Source: Octopus sinensis
Lineage: Eukaryota
DNA length: 64,000 nt
Direction: 5' to 3'
Assembly: GCF_006345805.1 (NCBI RefSeq)
Contig: NC_043018.1
Span: 16,182,001-16,246,000, forward strand
The position numbers and the translations under genes were made by a program. Every line of letters starts with the position of its first letter. Positions within the stretch are counted from its first letter, which is position 1. The notes under the pieces are model-generated. The model saw only the letters and a list, made by a program, of their open reading frames with translations, did not search any database and was not told the DNA's origin. Shown here in pieces: positions 12,211 through 48,751 of this stretch.

Positions 12211-15200
12211 GGTATTCACATATACCAATGATGATGGTGATCATTGTTGTTGCTGGTGGTGTTAGTTATTGTTTTTGTTATGGCTGTTGTTGTTGTTGCT
12301 GTATGAATTCTCTTGATGTTCATGTTACTGTTGTTGCACTGGATACTTTTATGCAATCAACTCATATAAAGCATTCAAGTATGAGTTTAGGATATAGTAC
12401 AGGGGTTATAGAACAGTATAGTATGATGTGAGATTTACTATAGAGCTGTAGTGTAATATTCATTATAGAGGTGTAGTTTAATATTTACTACAGAACTGTC
12501 GTGTGATATTTACAATAGAAATGTAATGCAATATTTACTACAATAATATCACACCACAGTATGATATTTATTTTAGAGGTGTGGTGTGATATTTCTATAG
12601 ATTTGTATACTATAAAGGTGTAGAGTGATATCTATTATAGAGGGGTAGTATTATATTTACTATAGAGGTGTCGTGTAGAGTGATGTTTACTATAGACTGT
12701 TTCTTAAAGTTATACCTACAGATTTTCTACAGAATTTAAAACCAGCGCTGAAAGTATTGACCTATATATAAGGTTTTAATATACATCGTAGTATATGCTT
12801 CACTACTCTAGGTACAAGGCCCGAAATTTTGGGGGAGGGAGCCAGTTGATTAGATCGACCCCCAGAACGCAACAGGTACTTAATTTATTGATCCCGAAAG
12901 GATGAAAGCAAAGTCGATCTCGGCGGAATTTGAACTGAATTCAGAATTAAACTGAATTCAGGTGGTGTACGTATTTTTTACCTCTGTCCAGGAATGTAGT
13001 CGGGGTTATAGCATGGTGGTGTATTGTAGTATGTAGAAATGTATAGTTCAGAACGTAAAGACAGACGAAATACCTATTTCTTAACTACCCACAAGGGGCT
13101 AAACACAGAGGGGACAAACAAGGACAGACAAACGGATTAAGTCAATTATATCGATCCTAGTGCGTAACTGGTACTTAATTTATCGACCTCGAAAGGATGA
13201 AAGGCAAAGTCGACCTCGGCGGAATTTGAACTCAGAACGTAAAGACAGACGAAATACCGCTGAGCATTTCGCCCGACGTTCTAACGATTTTGCCAACCCG
13301 CCACCTTATACACCTTATAGTATATCATGGTTGCATAACAAAATGCTGTGTCCCCCACCAGCGATTAATATTTACTGTAGATGAGCTAGTTTAGTGTGGT
13401 ATACAGTAGAGGGATGTACAACTTTATAATATAAATGGTGCGAGGTGTATATTATATAGAGGTAAGGTACGGGAATGTGGCGAAAGTAAAGAATACGTAC
13501 GCCCAGTGGTTAGGGTTTAGGGTTAGGATTAAGGTTAGGGTTTTTGTTAAGCTGAAAACAGGTGGTGTACGTATTCTTTTACCTCTGTCCAGGAATGTAG
13601 TTGGGGTTATAGCATGGTGGTGTATTGTAGTATATAGAAATGTTTAGTGTAGAAGTATGTTTTACTGATGTTTTATAGTGGTCTGTAGTGACAGTGTAGT
13701 GGTATTTCGTCCACCGCTACGTTCTGAGTTCAAATTCCGCCGAGGTCGACTTTGCCTTTCATCCTTCCGGGCTCGATAAATTAAGTACCAGTTACGCACT
13801 GGGGGTCGATGTAATCGACTTAATACCTATGTCTGTCCTTGTTTGTCCCCTCTGTGTTTAGCCCCTTGTGGGTAATAAAGAAATAGGTATTAGTGTAAGT
13901 AATGGCCTTAGTGGTGGTATTGTTGGAGTGTCGGAGGTGCTGGAGTGTCAGCAATAGTGCAGTGCTTGTGGTGTACTGTGGAGTGGTGTTATCCAATAGA
14001 TGTGAAGTTTACATACCAATATAGACTGTTGCCGCCGCCTTGGTTGTTGTTGTTGTTGCTGTTGTTTAGTCCCAAGTAAGCTTCGACAGAGCTTATCTGC
14101 GATCAAAGACGTTCAAGCCGTGACCATCACCGACTAGTAGATCCACGATCAGACCATCCGATATGTCCTTCACTTTTTTTTTTATCAAGGCGATGAGATT
14201 TGGCTGCTATTTCTAGCAACTCGAACGTCCATATAGTGGCTTCCTGCTTTGTTGTTGTTGTTGTTGTTGTGTAGAATTCCTCGTGTTGCGCTTGGATTTG
14301 TTTGTGTTTGTTTTTTGTTGTTGTTTCGCTTTCGTTTAAAGAAATCGAAGGAGAATCTTTTGTTTTGTTGTTGTTTTGTGAAACAGATGTCGTGAAATTT
14401 CTTCTTTGGTTGTTACAGAGTTAACACAATTTAGTTTCGTATTTTTCTTTTATTTTTTTGCCCTCAAAAAAGCATGTTTTCATAAAACAATCTGTTACCA
14501 TTGTTTATTTACGCATTTATGCCGTTATTATTATTATCATGAAGGCCTTAGCTCGATGTTTCTCTAACTGAGATTCCATCCATGGCTGTCCCGTCTTTCT
14601 GCTTCATTAGACACAACGACGATTTCCACCTTTCATCCGTCCGTGGAACCGATCAGACGAAGTACCGATCAAGTGCTGGGCCCTTTGTATTGCTGTAAAA
14701 CATCCTCGATTCGACTGGAATCCTCAAAGAAGACATCGACGCGATTTCCTTCCGTGTTTTCTTCAATATTGATAGAGAACAGACACAGCAGGCGGTGATA
14801 CATTACATAAAGTCCCCTCAGATATATATTTCCGCTAATAAATCGTTCAACTGTTTAACTTGCCCAGACGAGGTCTTGCCTTCAATTTCTTCCTAACTCG
14901 ATTTATATCTCTCTTTTACTTGTTTCAGTCATTTGACTGCGGCCATGCTGGAGCACCGCCTTTAATCGAGCAACTCGACCCCGGGACTTTTCTTTTGTAG
15001 CCCAGTGTTATTCTTTCGGTCTCTTTTGCCGAACGCTAAGTAACGGGGACATAAACAACACCAGCATCGGTTGTCAGGCAATGCTAGGGGACAAACCTCA
15101 AACACACAAGCATATGTATATATATATATACATATATACGACGGGCTTCTTTTCAGTTTCCGTCTACCAAATCCACTGACAAGGCTTTGGTTGGCCTGAT

Positions 15201-15304
15201 ATATATATTTTTTCTTATTGAGAATCTAATCAACTTTACGGGTGTGTGTGTGTGTGTGTTTAACGATAACAGATAAAGTACCCAATACAATAGTAGAGAA
15301 AAAA

Positions 15305-15462
15305 ATGTGTGGCTGTGTGGTAAGTAGCTTGCTAACCAACCACATGGTTGCGGGTTCAGTCCCACTGCATGGCACCTTGGGCAAGTGTCTTCTGCTATAG
15401 CTTTGGACCAACCAAAGCTTTGTGAGTGGATTCGGTAGACGGAGACTGAAAGAAGCCTGTCG

Positions 15463-15507
<45 letters not shown>

Positions 15508-15720
15508 GTGTGTGTGTTTGTGTGTCTGTGTTTGTCCTCCTAGCATGGCTTGACAACCGATGCTGGTGTGTTTACGTCCCCGTCACTTAGCGGTTCGGCA
15601 AAAAGAGACCGATAGAATAAGTACTGGGCTTACAAAGAATAAGTCCAGGGGTCGATTTGCTCGACTGAAGGCGGTGCTCCAGCATGGCCGCAGTCAAATG
15701 TTTGAAACAAGTAAAAGAAA
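15305..15720 (+). mobile_element. SINE family A copy
   Basis: Reverse complement of the 3317-3713 family. Confidence 0.85.
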
Positions 15721-16958
15721 AAAAAAAGAAAATATAGGTGGGGGTGGGGCAAAATTAGTGATCGGGGTAAGATGAGTAACCTCTGATTTTTAGTTACTTT
15801 CTCCCTGCTTATTTGAAATCTTTATGTTGAAAGTATCGCATCATCATTTTGTAGTGTTGCATTTTCTGTAAGAGTAAAAATTGTTCAGCATAGTTGTTGT
15901 TGTTGTTGAAGTTGAGAGAGTCCAGAACATAGTCAGGTGGCAGGTCCCCTTTTTGCAAGTAATTCTTCCTCAACTTTGACCCAATTGTCATTGTGATTGC
16001 TAATAAAATATCCGGATAATTTTCGCTGTTTAACAATCAAAGTTCTTTTCTCTGTTCGATTCGAAGTTCAATTTTTTGATAATTTTCAACTTTAAAAAGA
16101 AGAAGAAAAGGTCCAAAATGGGGTAAAATGAGTAATGTCTAACTCCAATAATTTCTTCTCTTTATTACTAAGAGAGACACTCCAACAGATCGTGAAGAAG
16201 CTATAGAGAATATTTTATGTTGAGTTTTTTTTTTTCATTTAGCTGAGTTTCGTTAATTTCATATTGTGTGCCATTTTTCTCTGGTCCTCTTTCATTTGAC
16301 CAAGATCATCATCATCATCGTTTAGCGTCCACTTTCCATGCTAGCATGGGTTGGACGGTGCAACTAGGGTCTGGGAAACCAGAAGGCTGCACCAGGCCTA
16401 GTCTGATATGGCAATGTTTCTACGGCTGGATGCCCTTCCTAACGCCAACCACTCCATGAGTGTAGTGGGTGTTTTTTACGTGCCACCGGCACAGAGGCCA
16501 GACGAGGCTGGCAAACGACCACGATCGATGGTACTTTTTACGTACCATCAGCATGGAGGCCAGGTGAGGCCGGCAACGGCAGATATTTAGATTTTTTTAC
16601 AATCAGCCTGTCCATCACAGCATGGAAAAGGATGTTAAATGATGATGATGATGATGATGATGACGATGACGATATGTTATGTCTTGTTTATGTTTCTGTT
16701 TTTGCTTATTCTATTTTCTATCTTTTTGTGCTTCTTAGAATAACCGAATAAATAGTTGCTGAGTATTCCAAAGTCAACAATAACAGTAATAACAGCAAAA
16801 ACACCAAGAATAAAGATTTGTAACTATAGCAACCAGCGAATCATCAAGAACCAAAGAGATATTAGCAAGCACAAAAGTTCCCAAGAATTACGACGTTCAT
16901 AGCAGCAGCAACAATACCAACAGAAACAACAAACAGAATCATCACCCTACCAACAGAA

Positions 16959-39297
<22,339 letters not shown>

Positions 39298-39764
39298 TTC
39301 CATCAGCTGAAGTTGCATTTTGTTTGCATGGTGAGATCCAGTTGTTTCCTCAGGTGTTATTTATCCATTACATAATCAAACACTTGTACATTTGGAGAAC
39401 GACATTTGGTGGAAACAATTGTAGTGATTAAAAAAATAACTGTCCGACCATTACTCCTTCTCGTTGACACCCACCGCTTTCTTCAATTTAATATTCACAC
39501 ATGATGGATACCCAAACATAAACATGGAGGTATATATTAAAGCTACCAGATAGTATTGGGTTATTCTGAGGGTGGATGAGCTTTATACTGTACCCTGTCA
39601 CGTTCCTGACAGAATATACCATAACTACACACACATATATATATACATACATATATATATGTGTGTGTGGTGTGTTTGTGTGTATGTATGTATGTATATA
39701 TATGTGTGTGTGTATATATGTTTATACATGTATATACATACATCTACTGCAGATGAAGCAGCTT

Positions 39765-39830
<66 letters not shown>

Positions 39831-40055
39831 ATGTATATATGTATATATATATATATATTAATAGTAATAGTATGACACCAAAAGAATGAATGATACCTCG
39901 ATATTATGTAAATAGAGGAATTATCTGTAAAATAATGTGACAATTATTCGGTGCCATAATAAAACTCCGAGTTTCGGATGTCAGGGCAGAAATCTGCTCC
40001 GGCATCTTGTCAATTATTAAGACAAAACATTTTCATAGCATTTTTGTTTCGTCTT

Positions 40056-40116
40056 AATAACTGACGAGATGCCGGAGCAGATTTCCGCCCTGACATCCGA
40101 AACTCAGAGTTTTATT
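40056..40116 (+). ncRNA. Putative hammerhead ribozyme (duplicate at 40547-40607)
   Basis: AATAA-CTGACGA-GATG...CATC-C-GAA-ACTC(a)GAGT-T-TTATT. Confidence 0.6.
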
Positions 40117-40278
40117 ATGGCAACCGAATAATTGTCACATTATTTTACAGATGTGTGTGTGTGTGTTTGTTGTGTATGTATGTATGTATTATAGGTGTGT
40201 GTATATATGTGTATATACATGTATATACATACATCTACTGCAGATGAAGCAGCTTGACATATATATATAGATATATAT

Positions 40279-40321
<43 letters not shown>

Positions 40322-40642
40322 ATGTATATATGTATATATATATATATATTAATAGTAATAGTATGACACCAAAAGAATGAATGATACCTCGATATTATGT
40401 AAATAGAGGAATTATCTGTAAAATAATGTGACAATTATTCGGTGCCATAATAAAACTCCGAGTTTCGGATGTCAGGGCAGAAATCTGCTCCGGCATCTTG
40501 TCAATTATTAAGACAAAACATTTTCATAGCATTTTTGTTTCGTCTTAATAACTGACGAGATGCCGGAGCAGATTTCCGCCCTGACATCCGAAACTCAGAG
40601 TTTTATTATGGCAACCGAATAATTGTCACATTATTTTACAGA

Positions 40643-40678
<36 letters not shown>

Positions 40679-40688
40679 ATATATATAT

Positions 40689-40725
<37 letters not shown>

Positions 40726-42031
40726 AATATTTTGATTCAAATTCTTTGGTACTGTAAGTTTCAAAGTGATGCTAATCCTCAGCTGTCGGAAATTTGAATG
40801 AGAGATCAGTTGGAGAAAGTCAGATGTTATTACTGGTATACATGCTGAAATTGGTTGAGAAAGGTCGCGTGGTGCCACAGTTTGATGCTGGTATTTCAGC
40901 GACAATAATTACTTGGAAAATATTGCATGACGAACAAGAAATTGACCATGTAGTGGACAGGAAATCAGTGGTTAAGGATGAGCATCACACTTTGAAACTT
41001 GAAGTACCAAGGAATGTGAATCAATCTGTTTTGGTCCATACATGTTACTCCTAACAGTGCCTTTCTTTCATTTGTCCACTCACTCGTATATATATATATT
41101 TGTGTGTGTCTGTATCTGTCTGTTTTATCTCTTCCTCTCTCTTTACTTATGAACTTCCCCCTTTTTCTGAATTAAGAAAACCGAAAGGTAATAGTTATTG
41201 GTAATTTGTTTCTGTTGTTGTTGTTGTTATAGTAATATTTACTGGTTTCTGTCCTTCAGCGTCCAGACATTCTGGTTGAAAATTTATGTAGATTTTACAA
41301 ATTTCTGTAAGAATAAAATCTTTTAAAACAACAAATTGTAATTCTTTTGATAAAAATAAAAGGAAAAATAATAACTGATGAAATTAGTTTTTATTATTAT
41401 TATTATTATTATTATACAATTGTTTATTGGTTTGTATTTGTTAATGTGTCATCATCATCATCATTGTCATTGCTATCATCATTATCACCACCACCACCAT
41501 CACAGTCATCATCATCATCATCATCACTGCCACCACCACTATCATCATCATCACCACCATCACCATCACTTCTGTCATCCTCCGTCTCCACATCATCATC
41601 ACCTCCATCATCATCATCATTGTCATCTTCATTACCATCATTTTAACATCCAATTGTCGATGCCGTCGAAGGTCTGTTGATGCAGATCTTCCTGAGGTGC
41701 ATGGATGCTCTTCCTGTTGCTAACCCTCGGCTGTTCCTGTAGTCCTTCAGACATGAACAGCATGAATGGGCAGACATGATCTCCATGGGAGATTGCAAAC
41801 TATCCCGCTTGTATGATGGTGACATTTGTTTACAGCAAACACACTGATATATGTGTGTGTGTTTGTGTATTTGTGCAGATGTGTGTTTATGTATGATTGT
41901 ACATATGTTTGTAAGTGTGTGTGTGTATATATATACGTATGTCTGTATGTATGTGTATATATATATATATACATGCATATATAGGTACATACATACATAT
42001 ATACATACAGATATACGTATATACACATATG

Positions 42032-42074
<43 letters not shown>

Positions 42075-42100
42075 TGTGTATATATATACATATGCATACA

Positions 42101-42153
<53 letters not shown>

Positions 42154-42650
42154 GCACACATATATATGTATACATGCATACAGACTTATATCTTGTATGT
42201 GTGTATATTATGTAAGTATGTATGTGTATGTGTATATATGTGTCTATGTTTGTGTGTATATGTATGTACATGTGATTAAGTATGTCTATATGAATGTGTG
42301 CTAATGTATATAAGTTCTATGTATATATAGCTGTGTGTGTGTGTGTGTGTACTAAGATAGTAGTATTCTACACCATCTAGCTAGTTTCAAACATGAGACT
42401 CCTCAACAAAAGACAGGTTAGTATATAAAAATGTTATCCATAATCAACTGTAATGAAAATTTTGAGTGGATATATCTGGTTCGTGCAATGAAAGGGTTCA
42501 AATAGGGAAGTTATAGTGGTCCATGAAAGAGTATGTCGGTTTATTGAAATGTGAGAAATGTGAGTAATGAGTAAGGGAGTATGGTGATCAGAACTCTTCA
42601 GTAAACTTCAAACATAGAGTGTAGGGAGTAAAGAAAATGGATGGAAGTGG

Positions 42651-42692
42651 TTACTCTTCATCATCAGAATTGCTCTCAATGTTGGTGATTTC
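42651..42692 (-). CDS. TRPV probable last exon
   Basis: poly-T/ttatag acceptor, [13 protein letters not shown]; AATAAA on - strand at 42540-42545. Confidence 0.65.
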   Translation of the reverse strand, partial: EITNIESNSDDEE

Positions 42693-43182
42693 CTATAAGA
42701 AAAAAAAATAAAGACCATATACATAAATATATATACATATATATAATATATACATATATATATATATACACACATACACACACACATATATATTGGGTTG
42801 ATGCATAATTATTGTGGCTTTATTTCAACAAAAACAATAACAATATTTAACAAAAACATCTTTAAATGATAGTCTGACCACCTGGCAAGCAAATGGGAAG
42901 CAGTAATTGAAGTAGATGGTGAATATGCTCCGGAATAATTATTTAAAGATATTTTTGTTACATGTTGTTATTGTTTTTGTTGAAAAAATACGACAGTCAC
43001 ACACTACACACCTTCATTCTAAGCACTGCTGAACACAGCAGAATTACAATAAACGCATAAAAATGCATAAAAATATATATACACACGCACATATTCCCAC
43101 AAAAAATAATAAAACACCTGTTTTCTTCTATTTCTACAAATATCGAGGTCTCATTCTTTTGCTATTATACATATCTTATATA

Positions 43183-43224
<42 letters not shown>

Positions 43225-43518
43225 CTAATTTCGCTCTTGCGTCTCACGTTTGATCTTTGACTTCTGGCCGAAATCAGATCGCCATGTTGATTCGTTAGCC
43301 TCTGCACGCATTTTTTTTCTCTCCTTCTTTCTGCATTTTTTTTCTCTGTGTATCTTTCTGTTGAAGAGCGTAGGCTCGAAACGTTAATGACTTGTTTTAT
43401 TTATATTTCCTGAGCGCCATACTAATACAATTGTTTGTTTGTATTCCACCTGCCTTCGTCTTTTGTTTATTTCCGTAAACCTGCCTTCGTCTTATGTCTA
43501 TTTTCATAAAGCTTCCCG

Positions 43519-43577
<59 letters not shown>

Positions 43578-44982
43578 TACATGTATATGTATGTATATAT
43601 ATGTATGTATACAATATGTATACATATACATATATATATTTATATCTTATATATATATATATAATATTATATAATATATATATATATATATATAATATAT
43701 TCATATATACATATATATGTATGTATACAATATGTATACATATACATATATATATTCATATCTTATATATAATATATATATATATATTATGCCACTCTAT
43801 TGGTTACAATGACAAGGGATTATTTTATAATTTTTATGCTTTGTAGCTTCAGGTTTGATACAATTTTGTTTTAATTAATAAGCAGGTGTAGCTGTAATTG
43901 ACATATACATATGTTAATGTTTCTCTCCTGCTATTTATCTATTAATTCCCAGGCAATGTTCAAGTTTTTCTTGCTGCTGATACAGCCAGATTGAGTAGTA
44001 CTGTCCAAGTGTTGAAACCACTATGACATCTGTTAGGTAGCTGATGATGGGAATTTATGTTTGACATGCTTGTTGTCTGTGAATCTTTTATATCTTCAGG
44101 TCATGTTATTCTGAGTTGTCCTTTATTTTCGTAAGAGACTGAACTTGTTAAAAGATGGCTCAGAAGTTTGATGCCTTGATAATTGCTCCTATCAATGAAA
44201 CATAAAAATCTGTCCCCAACACTTTATACCTCCACCCCACTCCATCAGCATCGTTCTTACAGGATATATTGACAGTAAACCTATAAACCTATTGCCCTAT
44301 GAACCAACTGCCTCATCTATTATTTCAACCAGAGATGGAACTTTTACTTACGTCAACATTGCAACGGAGAGCAAGAACTCTTCGACCGTCTGCCAGACAT
44401 TGTGAATATTGTTTCTGCTGTTCAACACGTTCTTGTGGCGTTACAGTCTGTTCTACCACTAGAACTATGTTAGCCCACTGGTGGTTGAGGTCACAGAGGT
44501 GTAGAGGTCATGGAGAAGAAGCAGAGGTCACAGTAGAGCAAAGGTCACAGTGATGTAAAGGTCGCAGTGATGTGGAGGAGAGAAATAAGGAAACAAATGT
44601 CAACAATAGGTGAAACATATTCTGAGTAAGAAACACACTCATACACATATATATAGACATACACACATAGACACATACACACACATAAGTATATATACAC
44701 ACATGCATAACCACATGCACACACTTACATACACATATACACAAATCAGACATACACATACATATTCTTTTACTCTGTTACTTGTTTCAGTCATTTTGAC
44801 TGTGGCCATGCTGAAGCACTGCCTCTAGTCGAACAAATCAACCCCAGAACTTAATCTTTATAAGCCTAGTACTTATTCTATTGTCCCTTTTGCTGAGCCG
44901 CTAAGTTATGGAAATGTAAACACACCAACATTGGTTGACAAGCGATGATGGGGGGAAAAACACATACACACAAATACATACA

Positions 44983-45059
<77 letters not shown>

Positions 45060-45539
45060 ATATATATATGCAATGGGCTTCTTTCAGTTTCCGTCTACCA
45101 AATCCACTCAAAGCTTTGGTTAGCCCGAAGCTATAACAGAAGATGCCCATGGTGCCACACAGTGGTACTGAACCTGGGACCATGTGACTGGGAAGAAAAC
45201 TTCTTACCACAAAGCCACTCCTTCTCCTATACATGCAATGCATACATACCTATGTTACACAGATACATACATACATACTTAAATACACACAGATACATAC
45301 ATACACATATACATACATACATACATACATACATACATACATGCATACATACATACACATATACATACATACATACATACATACATACATACATACATAC
45401 ATACACACACACATACATACATACATACATACATACATACACACATACATACATACATACATACATAAATACATACATACATACATACATACATACATAC
45501 ATACATACATGCATACACACACATGCATGTGCACACACA

Positions 45540-45585
<46 letters not shown>

Positions 45586-48284
45586 ATGCTGAAAAGTTCC
45601 TAGTTTTAAAGGGTGTCATGAAAGGCCTGGCTGGAGGCCAAACCCTCCAAGCTTTTTTACAGGACTCAGAAAAACTGAAGGACCACTGCATTAAAGTGTG
45701 TGAATCTGAGAGGAGGGGAAATATGCTGAATAAAATCATAACTAACTGATCCTCCTGTATTTTCTTTTACTCAAAGCCAGGAACTTTATCAGTGCCTCAT
45801 TATATGTATGTTACAGGCGGCGAGCTGGCGGAGACGTTAGCACGCCGGGCGAAGTGCTTCGCGGTATTTCGCCCATCGCTACGTTCTGAGTTCAAATTCC
45901 GCCGAGGTCGACTTTGCCTTTCATCCTTTTGGGGTCGATAAATTAAGTACCAGTTATGCACTGGGGTCGATGTAATCGACTTAATACCTATGTCTGTCCT
46001 TGTTTGTCCCCTCTATGTTTAGCCCCTTGTGGGTAGTAAAGAAATAGAAATAGGTATTTCGTCTGCGTTACGTTGTGAGTTCAAATTCCGCTGAGGTCGA
46101 CTTTGCCTTTCATCCTTTCGGGGTCGATAAATTAAGTACCAGTTACGCACTGGGGTCGATGTAATCGACTCAATACCTATGTCTGTCCTTGTTTGTCCCC
46201 TCTATGATTAACCCCTTGTGGGTAATAAAGAAATAGGTATTTTGCCTGTTGCTACATTCTGAGTTCAAATTCTTCTGGGGTCAACTTTGCCTTTCATCCT
46301 TTCGGGGTCGATAAATTGAGTAGCAGTTATGCACTGGGGTCGATGTAATCGACTTAATACCTATGTCTGTCCTTGTTTGTCCCCTCTATGTTTAGCCCCT
46401 TGTGGGTAGTAAAGAAACGTATATGTATGTTATAGATGTTACATCAATGCAAAGTCACTTTGATCCGCGAAAGAGAGGTGCAGCCAATGGTAAGTATCCA
46501 AGAGGTAAAGAAAATCCAAGGTAGAGGTAAGTGTTGATAGTGGTATTGGTAGAATATAGGATGAAGTTACCTGTCTAAACCATTCCATCTGTTGGCTGGC
46601 CACAAGTTGGTAGGTGTTACCCATCATGGCAATCAGCATGTTGATCAAGAGAAGTGATACCAAGAGCAAATATACCAGGAATATAAACTGAAACGGTAAA
46701 TGGAGGCAGGATGAGATAATGAGAGGAAAGAGGGAAGAGAGAGGTACATGGATATAGTGAAAGAGAGAAAGAGAGACAGATGGGTATGTGTGTATAGTGA
46801 ATGAAAGTGAGAGAGAGAGAGAGTGAGAAAGGGAGAGAGACAGATAGGTACGTATGTATAGTGAAAGAAAGAGAGTGAGAAAGGGAGAGAGACAGATAGG
46901 TACGTATGTATAGTGAAAGTGAGAGAGTAAGACAAGTATATAGATATAGTGAGAGAGAGAAAGCCTATAGATATACTGAAAGAGAGAGAGAGAGAGACAA
47001 GAACAGAGATATAGTGAAAGGGAGAGAGAGAGACAGGTACAGAAATATAGTGACAGAGAGAGAGGGAGAGAGAGACAGATAGTTAGATATAGTGAAAGAG
47101 TCCGCCACAATAAAATAACAGAAACAAAATGCTGTGATAAAAAAAAAAAGGTTTGCTGCAATGTTTTTGCGCCTCCACTTTCAAAAATGATACTTACTTT
47201 GGCAATCACACTGTTCCTTTTCAGCTTTTCAATAGAATTATAGAAATCAGCAAATGTGCCGAGAGAAACAATGAAAAGACTTGTAATGGCTTCCAACGGC
47301 TGACTTGACAGGGAACACACGTCATCTCTGAATAGGATGTACATCGCTGAAAAAACAAGGATATATCTATAGCTATATCTATTTCTTTATTACCCCACAA
47401 GGGGCTAAACATAGAGGGGACAAACAAGGACAGACATAGGTATTAAGTCGATTACATCGACCCCAGTGCATAACTGCTACTCAATTTATCGACCCCGAAA
47501 GGATGAAAGGCAAAGTTGACCCCAGAAGAATTTGAACTCAGAATGTAGCAACGGGCAAAATACCTATTTCTTTATTACCCACAAGGGGTTAATCATAGAG
47601 GGGACAAACAAGGACAGACATAGGTATTAAGTCGATTACATCGACCCCAGTGCATAACTGCTACTCAATTTATCGACCCCGAAAGGATGAAAGGCAAAAT
47701 TGACCCCAGAAGAATTTGAACTCAGAATGTAGCAACGGGCAAAATACCTATTTCTTTATTACCCACAAGGGGTTAATCATAGAGGGGACAAACAAGGACA
47801 GACATAGGTATTAAGTCGATTACATCGACCCCAGTGCATAACTGGTACTCAATTTATCGACCCCGAAAGGATGAAAGGCAAAGTCGACCTCGGCGGAATT
47901 TCAAATCAGAACGTAGCGACAGACGAAATACTGCTAAGCGTTTCACCCGACATGCTAACGATTCTGCCAGCTCACCGCCTCTATATCTATATCATCTATC
48001 TACACACACACACAGACACACACACACATGACGGGGTGCTGAGAAGTTCCTGGCATTAAAGGTATCATGAAAAGCCTGGTTGGAGGCCCAAATTTTCAAG
48101 TTCTTTTTCAGGGCTTAGAAAAACTGAAGGACCACTGCAATAAGTTTGTGAATCTGAGAGGGGAATGTGTTGAATAAAATCATAATTAACTGATCCTCCT
48201 GTATTTTCTTTGACCAGAAGCCAGGAACTTTTCAACCCCCTCTCATATGTGTATATACATATATATATATATGTGTGTGTGAGT

Positions 48285-48319
<35 letters not shown>

Positions 48320-48715
48320 CCGGAGTAATAGGTTTTATGAACTTGTTAATAATTTCTCAAAAAATTTTTCTGTAAATTGTTTTTTAACATTTTCTTATTA
48401 TTACCAAAGAATGTATAGACGTATTGTAATTTTTTGTGCCTAATATTTTAATGAACTTTTTTATATTTTCCCAAGACATTTCCTTGCAAACTGTTTTTAA
48501 AATGTTCTTATTATTATCAAAGAATGTATTTATGTATTGTAATATTTTGTGACAACCAGTTCCTAACACAACAAAGCTTTTACATGTTACTTTTGACAAT
48601 CTTTTTTCTAAAAACATGAAGCCGGTCAAATAAATAAACATCTTTTAAAATTGCATTTTCAAACCTACTTTCATATATAATTCCACTCGTGCGGTACCTT
48701 ACAACTTCACTTTGT

Positions 48716-48751
<36 letters not shown>

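Noticed and set aside
44036-44210. CTGATGA motifs at 44041 and ~51379
   Set aside because: No convincing stem II or GAAA closure.
46439-47344. 301-aa ORF as a single exon
   Set aside because: It spans two TRPV exons plus a CT-repeat intron with canonical splice sites. The intron is open in frame (510 nt), but there is no evidence for retention.
48330-48640. Diverged ~115-bp AT-rich duplication with a short ORF
   Set aside because: No recognisable coding homology; probably TE debris.
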